A stretch of 64,000 bases of DNA, taken from positions 21,254,767-21,318,766 of the forward strand of contig OZ037766.1 of NCBI GenBank assembly GCA_964035545.1. The letters run 5' to 3'. The position numbers and the translations under genes were made by a program. Source of the DNA: Bugula neritina (lineage: Eukaryota; Animalia; Bryozoa). Positions 52,379 to 64,000 of the stretch are shown here, piece after piece (position 1 is the first letter of the stretch; every line of letters starts with the position of its first letter). The notes below the pieces were generated by a model that saw nothing but the letters and a program-made list of their open reading frames with translations, did no database searches and had not been told where the DNA came from.

Positions 52379-53979
52379 GTCAACTTATGCAAATCCCACG
52401 CATGTATAATAAATATGGCTATAATTGTAAAGTTTTTTTTTAACTTTTTTTCAACAGTAAGACAACATACATGCATAATAATTAGATACTGAACACTAGA
52501 CTAAACCTTAAATTGATCTTATAGAATACAATGTACTTAAAATAATCATATGCGAATTAGAGAAACTGAAAGTATACACCTGCTGCGCTATAGACAGACC
52601 TTTACTGACAAGACTGCAAAGTGAAGTGATTTAGCTGAAATTAACTCTGCCAAACAAACAAAGAATTATGTTGTGCTGAGGCATTTTCAATATATTATTG
52701 TAACATAGTGAGATGATTCAGCTAAGTGCTAATGTAAAACAGGGAACATTATATTGGCAGAAATCCAATAGATTGCCAATTTGTGCGAGAGGGTACTATA
52801 TGTTATTGTGATAGCGCAGAGCGGCAAACGTACTAGGAATGTTATAATTAGTCACAGGAGCGTAGCTAGAACCACCATATGAAGAATTTAGAAAATTGCA
52901 GTGAAACTTGCAAAATGGTGTATGTTTTTAACAAATTGTGAAGAGCATAAACAGAATTTCAAAAAACAAAGAAAGTATATTAGAGAAAACATATCAAGGA
53001 ATGTCAAGTTTAACTTTTAGACTTTATAAAATGAATCCCCTGTGCTACAGCAGTGGAACATGGAGGGTGTAAAATTTTACTTATTATGCAACAACTTTCT
53101 CAGAAAATTTTTTATTGAAAAATTAAAAAAGTATATGAAAGAGGAATGCAAGAGCTATCTTTTCATGTAAAATTTGTTAATGTGAGACAAAAACTGTTCG
53201 AGCTATCCCCTGGAAACCGTTTATATATAACATAAAGCAGTGCATGAATCTGGAAAGTAATGACCTTAAACTAACTGTGAATTCATGCATACTATTTAAA
53301 ATATATGCATACAACTTGGTGTTTCTGATTTGTACATGAACAATTTTATTGCTAAATGCTAAGTAATTATTTAAATTTCTCCACAACAAATTCGTCAGCA
53401 TGTTTTACATACCATCTTTTAGCAAACACTTGCAACACTCCTATGCAATTACATATAACTGTAGCTATTGTAAGCTGTTCAGAAAATAACAACTATTATG
53501 AGTGCTGCATTTTTACACACACTCACACGCACACACACATGAAGAAAAAGAAGCATATAGTTTACTGTCATGAGTTACTTGCAAAAATAAGTTGAAATAT
53601 ATGTTGAAGACTTCATACATTAATACAAATGGTATACTTGCCGACAGAGGAGCGACATAATGCAACATGCTTTTAGGAGTTGCATTACCACCATCTTTCT
53701 TAGTGTGATCAAAAATATGGCATTGAAAGAAGACAATCACTGTTTTGTGGTTTACATGTTTGTATTCCGTTTAAAACATAGTTGAAAAAAAACATATACA
53801 TATTTTCTAACTTGTGTGCATGTGTGCGTGTGTGTGGTTTTAAATGGTGGTTTGGAAAAATTAACATTAATTTAACTCAAAGTCCAAACTCAAGCCACCA
53901 GCCCTTAAACCCCTCAACCTAAACCCGGCATTCTAAATCTCTAATCCCCCCCCCCCAGGGGGCTTTGATTTATTTACAG

Positions 53980-54600
53980 CAGGGGTGTCCAACCTTTTCA
54001 GACCGAGGGCCAGTCTGCAAGTTTTAGCTTGAGCTGGGGGCCACAACATTTTTTTTTGTTTTTAAAATAAATTTTCAAGATTCATTAAACATCCGCAGGC
54101 CATATGTATTGTAATTATAAGCGAGGGCTAGGCTTTGCATGTTTATTAAAATCATAACGTATTTGAATAGATATATATTATTTATGTGTGTATGTGTGTA
54201 TAATATATGCATTTAATTAAAATAGGTAAACAAGAAACATTTCATTTTTATTACTTTAATAATCAATAATTATATATGGATTTATGTTTGTGCATAAAAA
54301 ATTATACATATATATTCATACAAAGTATAATATATTCATGATTGTACATGCAAATTTAAACAAGATGCGCCAGTGATAAGAGTCTGTACTCATACCAGTA
54401 TAGTTATATTTTACAACCATCAGTGAAACACTTGTGAGTACACAGTGAGTACTGTTTGCCTTGAACAATTCTGTTAATATCTGGTTTCGTATTAGAACAT
54501 ATATAACCCTTAGTTGCTGGACTAAGTGCTGACTAGTGAGTGAAGTGTAGTATTTATTTTGTGTATTTCATTTGACTGAAAATTGAAAGTTCAAACCTTC
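53980..54600 (-). mobile_element. hAT (Buster/Charlie-like) 3' fragment
   Basis: TIR CAGGGGTGTCCAACCTTTT at 53980; - strand remnant FSQMKYTK..TKPDINRIVQGKQ resembles a hAT transposase C-terminus. Confidence 0.6.
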
Positions 54601-57401
54601 AAGCCATCTCTGTGCAGTGCAGCATCTAACAAGCATTCAAAGGTCAAAGGTCAAGGCGATTACAAATCCCAAATCATTTCAGTACATACTCGCACAAAAT
54701 TCATTATAAAACAAAATTGTTTAGACATCTAACCTTAAAACAATATGTAAATGAAAACTAACATACATAGTAATATTTCAGTACTGCATAAGTAAAGTGT
54801 GTCAGGGATTCTTCAACTACTTATTTTTCACAATACAGTCAATAAAAGTGAGATCTCAGTTACACTTTCAAAAAAGTCTTGTCTCTATATATGGCCAGTC
54901 CTGATTAAATGTCTTTGAAATACCTGTCTGCACAGGCTAGTTACAGGTAACTTTTTAGCTGCAACTGCCTTGCTGGGGTTTGCATTGTAACTGTGTAAAA
55001 ATTCAGTACCAGTAAAAACAATCTTATTTAATTGAAGGCTACTAGAATCAAAATTTAAAAACTATGGTGTGAATCTTATTTTTTCTCAGTGCAGCTTTTT
55101 TGGTATTTTTTCATTCTTTTGCAAAGTTATAGAAAAAACTGCACATTTTTGGCTAATTTTGCCTCAAAAATTGATTTTTGGGGTACCAGTAAAATATCTT
55201 AGCAGGAAAACATGATATCTGAATAAAAAAGCAATGACTTTTAGATTTTATATAAATTGTGGATTTATACACTAGAAATGGTATACTTCTTTTTAAGTAG
55301 TGAACACTGTGCATCACTTCACACTTCAGTGATGAGCACATAATATAGGGGTCTACATTACTATAAGTCACAGGCTTGCTAGCTAACAGACTATCTGGCA
55401 GGAGATACACTTGCATTCATAGATATAGTGATTGCAATTAAAGATTGAACACTTTTCCCACCATGATGAGTTATGCTATAATTACAGCTGTAAATACTTT
55501 TTCCAGACACTAATTTGATTCAAATAGCCACACACTTTAATTAGAAACAGGTGCTAATGCCGTTCTAAGTTTACTATGGAGCTTTTTAAAGATCATTTTA
55601 TTTGTAGATCTTTTTAGATTGGATATAATGTGGTAAAATGCAGTAGTTTTATGGTCTTTTTATTGTTGACCTCAAATTTAGTTTGTTTGGTAGACTAAAT
55701 TCTACATTTTGCATCTATATGTCTGCATGGTTATATGATTCCTTACTTTCTTCTGTCATATTATTATTATATTAGTATTGATGTAAACACTCTATGAATC
55801 ATGAAGGTCAAGAACCTTCAACATTGTGTGCATGCATTGTTATAGTTTCTTACAACTTTAGGTAAAATTAGCAGCGTCATCCCAGTTAGATGCTAATTAA
55901 TAATTAATTTCAGTGCAACATATATTTTATGCACAATTCGTTTGAATATTAATGAAATAAATCTATATTCAAATAAACTTGGATCAATTGTTTGCTATTT
56001 GAAACATAAATTTTTTTTGATCTGCATCAACTTATTAATTTTGAAATTCTCTACATCTTGTTGTTTTTTTTATAAATATTCATCAAAAATAATGTCTATT
56101 AATAATGTATTACGGTTTTTTGCCTCACACAAATCCTTGAAAAGTAGGCTATTATTCCAAATAATTTATTAGCTAATATAGCTATAATTATAGCTATATT
56201 ATAGGCATATTAGCTATTTAGCAATCGATACGCCAGTTGATGTGCAGAGTCTAACTTTGGAAGCCTTTAGGTGAGAAGAATCCAAGTGGGAAATTTAGTC
56301 TAGCTTCAACCATAGGATAAGCCTCTTATATCTGCAATATAGGATGAAACCAAAATTGCCCATGCAGGTAAAAATGGAAGAGGTAAAAATGATAAAGGTA
56401 AAAATGGCACAGCTAAACATGACACAGGCAATAATGGCACAGGTAATAATGGTTTTGTATATGTATTTTGTATTGTATATATTATATCAGTTATATACGA
56501 TGCAGGTGGTTCTTATTACATGTGCCACTTTTACTGGAGCCATTTTTACAAATGAAAAAAAAAATGGATTGTAACCGAGAGCTTTTGTGGTGGCTCGTGG
56601 AGCTACTGTCATAACGAAGAAGGGGGAAATATTAATTCCCTTCCAAGTGCAGGACGGGGTCACTAAGTGTGTTAAGAAGATGATTCGAGACAGAAACCCG
56701 CCAATATGAATCATGAACTATAATTAGCAACAGTGACTTCCCGCGTAACAGTTATGATCAAGTAGACATGCAAACTTTAATCACTGTGCTGGGTAGTTGT
56801 TAATGTGTTTGAATAGATGTAGTTTTTAGATTGTGTATTGTTGTATAAATATATTGTAATCTGAACTACGCTTGCGAAGTTGATTTAGAATACGCGTTGT
56901 GAAATAACTTGATCGCACACTCAAACCCACAATACTGAAAAAGATAACACTTTGACCATCATGTGCTAAAACAAATTACGTTTTTCACTTTGTTCTTTGC
57001 ACTCGAAAACAGGTCCATCACTTAATTAAATTGGATGAGTAACTTATAGGCTTGCTAATGTTTACTGATATCGTGGTTCTGTGCTAATAAGAATTGTTAT
57101 AAAACCAGGTGTAGCACAAGTAGAAATGCAGTAAATAAGAAAGTAGGCACGAATGGCAGATATATATGGACACTTGATACTTTCTTCCCATTTCTTCAAA
57201 TTTTGTTGAAAAGTATTTTGTTTTGCTTTCAATTTAAAGTTGGCTTTTTTTTCTTGCATCCATTATGTTTGTTTGAAACATTTTTAAAGAGTTTAATTTG
57301 ATTTTGCTGACTTTACAACTTTTCCAAAATTATTGTTATAGTTAATTTTCTAGACCTGTAACAACTTTAATTGTTATAAGTTGTAGTGTTGTGTTAACCC
57401 A

Positions 57402-57490
57402 GTAGCCTCCGTGGTGTAATGGTAGCACACTTGCTTGCAAGCCTGAGGACCCGGGTTCGATTCCCAGTAGTGGCAAATATTTCACATAAG
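57402..57490 (+). mobile_element. tRNA(Ala)-derived SINE head (related 5' fragment at about 22393-22430)
   Basis: TGGTGTAATGG A box, TTGCA anticodon loop, GGTTCGATTCC B box; acceptor stem does not pair. Confidence 0.6.
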
Positions 57491-58131
57491 TCTTGTTATT
57501 ATATACCCGCAAACAATTTATTCTCTTTTTGTTTGTTATAGCTAATAGAAAGCTAAACCACTGCTGTATGCTTGAACCAATGAGATGGCTCAATGTTGCG
57601 TTAGGCTAAATTTGCCAGATCAGCAGCAACGGAATAGCTTATACGTAATTGATTAGAAACACTTGAAGCATTCAATACTGAGGTACTAAGAATTTATCAG
57701 GAAATTATTTAATTTTTTGAAGTATATTCTTTATTTTAAATATTTTGAATCAATCATAACTAGTCACGATATTTAAATAATTTATCATCAATTTATTATG
57801 TTTTTGTTTACCATATTACTATTAGTTATTAGTATGACCGCGTGAGGTTTTATAGAAATTAAAAATAACTCTTTATTTTGATACATCATGCATGGTTACA
57901 TTATGTAATAATATTACTGTTGTATGTTTTTGTATGATTTTGCACATAATTACCAGTTTTAAAGCATCATGGTTCTTTTTATCTATTCATAATCAGTATG
58001 ATTATTCTTATATTATATAAGTATTATTTAGTTTTTCTATTCCAAATTATGCCAGTCTGTATTCCTGCAACCTTTATATAACGCTATGTTCATTGCAAAT
58101 TTATATTGTTTTAGATTTCACAGTAAAACGC

Positions 58132-59961
58132 ATGGATAGCTCAACAAAAATTAAAATTGCACATTGCAATTTGTGTGCAGAAGCTTTTATGCAACCACCC
58201 AGCATTAGGCCTCCTGCAAAATGCAGCAAATGCAGTAAGTATAATAAAATAAAGGATATTTTATAACTTGATTATTATATATTATGATTGATTAATTTAA
58301 ATTAATTTATGCTAGACAAGCCAAGTATATATGTATGCTGCTTATATCATAATAATTATTTTCAAGTGTAGTAAATTCTTTTTGAGCTTCAATCAACAAA
58401 TACCTACTATTTACAGTTTGCAGTAAAAATGACACAGGTAAAAATGGCACAGGTAATGATAATACTGATAATAAAGGCACAAATGGCAAAGTAGGTACAA
58501 ATAATGGCACATCTTCAATGTTATGGTTTGGGGTGGGATGGGGTTTAGGTTTGGAAATGAAGGTTTGAGTTTGGGGTTTAACAAGTTTGACATCAGTGTG
58601 CATTCTTTCTCACTTTTCTATTTGTGCCCTTAAATTACCATAGTGCCATTATTATACTTGTGCCATGTTATACCAGACGCGCAGGCAAACTGCAAGTGCA
58701 AGCAAATCGGCTCGTACTTATATAAGTAATTTGAGTTCTCATAATTTAATTAGGTAATCAATGCTATTTTATCCAGCATACTTTAAAACTTGGCTATATA
58801 GCTTTTATTTTTGTAGCTAATTTTTTCATTTATTTTTCCAATTTATTTAAAGTAGCAAAAAATTCTCAATAAAACATAATTTAAGCTAAGACAATATTTT
58901 ATATACAAAAAACATATATATAGTAGACCAAGTATCATCTATTGAAATAGTTGTATAGTTGCATGATTACAACAACATATGGAATATAATATAATAGTTA
59001 TGGGCTGAGGCTTTTTCTTTGTTTGCATATAGTTTTCCAGATCATAGGTCTTGAGTTGTTTGTGGTCAATTATATATACTATTCTGTAAGTAAACAGGAT
59101 TGCTATACATAATTAGTTTAGCAATCTTTCGTTTTATGTGAGCACAGGCATCATAATCTAGATTGTATAGAATGTCTACAATTTGTTATGCTAAAACAAA
59201 TTACTTTAGCATTAACCACAAAACCAGTACAGTTTCTTGTTTTACGTGTCATATGAGTTTAATTTCATCTATGGCTCTAAATTTAAAAATAATTATGAGA
59301 TAGTAGATTTACTTATATAAAATAGTTGGGCATTCTTATATAAATCCTCAAGAATGAAATATAATTCATATACACTTCCTTGCTGTTTCTTGTTAATTGC
59401 AATAGAAATTAAAAACATAATTTTGAAATAGCCTAAGTATTTTTGTGCTCTCAAATCCTCACTGACAATTATGGTATAGCACTTTAACTTTTCAATGTGC
59501 TATATAATGAAAAGAAATGCTATAATAGCTATTATGCAAGCGTTTATTATAGATAAATGATCTCTTTAAATAAACGATGTTTCTTGCATGCAATTAAACT
59601 TTTTTGCAATATTATACTTAAAATTATAACTCTAGCTATTAATAGACATTAAATTTTCAAGTAAAACCATCTTATATCATAATCCTATAGTCATTTATAG
59701 GTCTTTAAAAAGGATTTAGTGTAATTTATCATCTGGTAAGTTATTATATATAGTTAGCACCAATTTCACCAGAAATTTCATGAGGCCATACTGCAGTTAA
59801 AACTTGTTTATTGTTATCTTGGTTTTTTAGTTACCAAAAGGGAATGCCCCAGCTGCAAACACGTTATACCAATAAATGCAGTCAATTGCTCCAACTGTGG
59901 TGAGTACATTATTACTTATGGTAATAGAGCTTCCAATTGTTCTACTTTGCTTTCATTGGTG

Positions 59962-60005
<44 letters not shown>

Positions 60006-62890
60006 TCACTCACTCACACACTCACTCACACACGAAATATTTTACTATAAAAGTTGTGACTTCAAAGATTTTACTGCAGCGTTCACAGGTCAAATGAAAA
60101 GTATATGCATTTAGATAAGTCATTTTGTCTGGTATACAATTATACCCAGGTTCTTTTTACATATGAAGCTATATCTGCATACATGTCTTAAAAAGTTTAA
60201 TTTAAAGCATCTTAAGTAATGTATAATTGGATATATATATGTATATATTTAGGGAGCTCTATGAGATCATTAACACTACAAACTAAACAGGAGACATTGG
60301 CTAGACAGTTTGAGTATGGTGCTCAACATAAAAAAGGTAACGGCTACACAAGGCAGAGGATGTGTAACATGGTAAGCGATTTTGTTCTCTAGAATGCTAT
60401 AATAATAGCAAATTATAGGAAAATGAAAACAAAGTTGATCTGCATACATGTGTGATGCCATCAAATAAAATCTTTTAACTTCTGCAATATTGTAATGCTT
60501 AAATATAATATCAGTTTAAGCAAAAAATGAGAAAGGTATTTTACTATGCATGCATAACTAAAACGCTGTGCCAGTAGCTTATTTACCATTTTTGGTAAAA
60601 ATTGCTTTCTGTAAACAATAATTTGATGCGGTATAAATTATTTTACTTATAATAATAACAAATAGAATTAATTACTAAGTGCATAGCTGTTCTTTTGTCC
60701 ATATTATTGTTGAAATAATTTAAACTATTTTATATTTTAGTCATCATTCGCTCTTGGAGCTGGCTTTGGTACAGTTACTTTTATGATAAAGCCTAACTCA
60801 AATAAGAAGGTCACAGTGATAAGCAGTGGAGTGTCATCTGAATTCTTAGGACAACTTACTAAAGCTATGACAGCAGTGCTTTTAAGTTCAAGTAAGATGC
60901 ATACATGCTTTTAGAGCTAGATGTAATATAGAGCACTTTGTATGTTTATTTATAATTTATTGACGGTGGCAACTCAAGCTTTCTACTCGTATTTTTCACT
61001 AAACCTATGGCCAATAAATACATTTTACATAAGATATTTACATTTCTTTATGTAGTTTCAGATATAAAACATGCAAATATTTGATTATCATATATAGACC
61101 ATAAAAGTTGTAAAACTACTTTTCTATTACTTTTTAAAAAAAATTTGTGCAGAGTTTGAATGTAATTTTACTTTATTGTATTTAGTAAAGGAAGTTTACG
61201 ATCCAAACAAGATGACAGTCATGGAAAGCTATAATAAACTAGACAAAGATGATAAACCAGTTACCATAGTTCCCTCAACCAGTGTTTCCTCGGCCAGTGT
61301 TCCCTCAACCAGTGCTCCCTCAACCAGTGCTCCCTCAACCAGTGTGCCCTCAACCAGTGCTCCCTCAACCAGTGTTCCCTCAACCATAGATCTCTCAACC
61401 AGTGTTTCCTCGGCCAGTGTTTCCTCGGCCAGTGTTCCCTCAACCAGTGTGCCCTCAACCATAGGTCTCTCAACCAGTGTGCCCTCAACCAGTGTGCCTT
61501 CAACCAGCTTTGTCTCCACCAGTGTGCTTTCAACCTGTCTTCCTTCAGCCAGTGTTTCCTCGGCCAGTGATCCTTCAACCAGTGTGCCCTCAGCCACTAC
61601 TAGAAAGAAGAGTTCACAAAAAACAAAACGTACGTCTTTGATAATTATCCTCAAACTTTATTTAAAATCAAAATAATTATTGTCTCACAAATTGTAACCA
61701 AATTAGACAAAGCTTATTACATACTTGCATATATTTATATTGTAGTTATAATACTTTACAATTTGTGGTTGATGCATCAGTTTTATATTTATTGTAATAT
61801 TAGCTCAATGCTATATAATACAAGGTTTTGTAAATCAAGAAAATTAAAGTTTGAAGTAATTGTTTGCACAGCTTTTTGAGTATATGCATGACACGTATAA
61901 AAGATTTCATGAATTAATTTGTCTAACAAAATGTTCAGAAACTCTTTGCAAATGTCACATATTTATAAATCGCATTATTTACCCATGTTTAAAAAGCTGT
62001 TATAAAATCATCATATAAATATAATGTTTTATGTGTTTCTTGTTGAAGGAGGTACCAAAAAACTTTGGGTGATTGAAAAGATTACTAACGTTAAAGGAAG
62101 GGAAGCACTTGTTAAATGGAAGGGGTACAGGTAAGTTGAATTGAGACCAGCAAGAATGATCATGGAGTATGAATAATTCTGCATTGAACTTTCATAATGA
62201 TCCACTAGCAAAGTATAACACATGCATGCATACACAGACGATAGAGCTCGGTATAAAAATGTAAAATAGCTTACCCAATTTATTTGAGTATGCCATTTGT
62301 TATCGTAAGATTGAAAATTAGTGGTTAAATTCATTTGACTAGAAGACTGTTTATTTGGAAGCATTGTGTAATTAGGTCATGTTTTTTTATAAACTGCATT
62401 TTTTTTTACTTTTTGCTAGAAATTAGAACTTGCATGTAAGCAATGTCATAACATAAAATGTTAGACAAAAATTTAAATTACGGAGGGAGGTACAATGGAA
62501 TGTCTTTGTAACTTGTCACAGATCTAGACCGATTTTTTTTTTCTTCAACTTCAGAAGTTTGGTGGGTGCTTTTGGTCTTCCAGTTTGAAAAAGTTGTTGT
62601 TTATATTCTAGGACTCCAACCTGGGAGCCAATTACAAATGTGCGTCACACAGTGTTTTACAAACAGTTTATGGTAAGTGTACTACTTCAGCTGTTCACAT
62701 TATCAATTAGTTGACTAGACACTTTTAAAATTAAAGTAGCATTTAGTTATACTATGCTGCAGCTTAACTAAGTAAACCGGTAACTGTTCATTTGTGATTT
62801 AAAGATATCAACTGGGTGAAGTTGCATATTCCTTGTTGATTATTATTATTTCTTGTATTTTAGGGACAAGGATGCAGCAAAAGAACCTGA
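58132..62890 (+). CDS. About 351-aa protein: two CxxC..CxxC Zn-ribbons, S/T-rich repeat, C-terminal chromodomain. Exons 58132-58234, 59831-59899, 60253-60371, 60741-60891, 61186-61629, 62049-62130, 62612-62672, 62864-62890
   Basis: All seven GT-AG introns are phase-consistent with no stops; CNLC..CSKC and CPSC..CSNC; chromodomain LWVIEKITNVKGREALVKWKGYRTPTWEPITNV. An upstream exon is possible (acceptor at 58114). Confidence 0.8.
61263..61597 (+). repeat. 15-bp coding minisatellite (ACCAGTGTGCCCTCA; TSVPS/TSAPS)
   Basis: About 22 degenerate units inside exon 5 of the chromodomain gene. Confidence 0.92.
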
Positions 62891-63556
62891 ACCTAAATAT
62901 TTCATATTATATATATATATATATATTGTAAATAAACAAATAATTGTATGCCAAACAGTTTGATATTCTTTCAAGACAAAGGTGAAAGTTACCTTGCAAA
63001 TCAATTCTAGCCAACATAGGATGTGTTAAACATTACTTCAAATGTTGAATTAGAGCATATTATGGTTACAAAAATATTATAAGAGTAAAAAGTTCTTTTT
63101 TAGATTACAAAATTATTACAGGGCAGAACAAACTAGAAAACTGTATGCAATTTCTCATCTTTGGAATCGCTAATAACATTTAATACATGTTTGATAACAG
63201 ATTATGTGTATTCTGCCAGTCACACACACACATTAGTAAAAACTAGCTTTACAACTTTCAAAATTATTTTAATATAAAAACAACTACTAAAATGCAGCAA
63301 TAAGTATTGTGGAAAAAGGATAATTGGGTACTCATAAGCAAGTTTCATTAGCAACGACAGTACATCATGTGACTAAAAACAACCTGGAAGAAACTCGAAC
63401 ATATACAGTGTGCAAGCAAGCACAATCATAGGTATTTTTAAGCTAGACATAAAATTATTATTGAAGAGAGTTAGTTAAAATATAGCCTCACTCAGATAGA
63501 TAGTGGCTTGAAAAATATATCCAAAAACTATCAAAAAAGGTTTCAAGAAAAAAGCT

Positions 63557-63622
63557 TTAGTCTTCGTCAGATGAGTCAGAATAAATCGGCTGCAAGTCAT
63601 CATCATCTATAATTTCTTCACA
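63557..63622 (-). CDS. Possible terminal exon of a convergent gene (CEEIIDDDDLQPIYSDSSDED*)
   Basis: ttttgttttccag acceptor followed by 21 acidic codons and TAA. Confidence 0.4.
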   Translation of the reverse strand, partial: CEEIIDDDDLQPIYSDSSDED

Positions 63623-63823
63623 CTGGAAAACAAAATGAAGTATTTTTTAATCACCCCACGTTAGCCACTATACAAGTTTTGAAATAGATTATGGTACCAA
63701 AAATATTATAGTTATATTTCTACTGAAGATTAAAAAACACACACAACAGTTTCAAATAGTGCAATGTGTTATTAGTTTATCTTTTAAAGGATCCCTGGAA
63801 TGCGGTACTTATGCACTATTAAA

Positions 63824-63856
63824 TATATATATGTATATATATATACATATATATAC

Positions 63857-63904
<48 letters not shown>

Positions 63905-63923
63905 GTACATATATATACATATA

Positions 63924-64000
<77 letters not shown>
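63824..64000. repeat. (TA)n microsatellite
   Basis: Direct reading. Confidence 0.95.

Noticed and set aside
57402-57475. Functional tRNA-Ala gene
   Set aside because: Acceptor and anticodon stems do not pair properly; better explained as a SINE head.
61229-61654. Antisense repeat ORFs (VEGTL, REHWL) or a CRISPR-like array
   Set aside because: Tandem 15-mers without unique spacers; the + strand frame fits a spliced gene.

Overview
AT-rich eukaryotic (invertebrate animal-type) genomic DNA with spliced genes and heavy transposon load; exon models and alignments were done by eye. Left to right: (1) a minus-strand secreted PAN/Apple-domain gene whose 17-kb first intron holds an RT-deleted BEL/Pao LTR element (4044-17640), with a full-length Gypsy element (4129-11541) inserted into the BEL 5' LTR. 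(2) A ~970-bp pure (CA)n tract and two inverted-repeat modules beside (TA)n tracts that each encode minimal type-I hammerhead ribozymes (21847-22068, 26905-27276). (3) A divergently oriented paralogous PAN + F-type lectin pseudogene (23388-28980). (4) The 3' half of a minus-strand Sema-PSI-Ig semaphorin gene; its 13.9-kb intron contains a decayed Polinton-type PolB fragment, an LTR element whose gag runs in frame into a class-III-like viral glycoprotein, and a decayed Gypsy. (5) An apparently intact 8-exon plus-strand gene encoding Zn-ribbons, an S/T-rich repeat and a C-terminal chromodomain (58132-62890), not seen by the ORF track. The strongest leads are the hammerhead palindromes, the gag-env element and the chromodomain gene.
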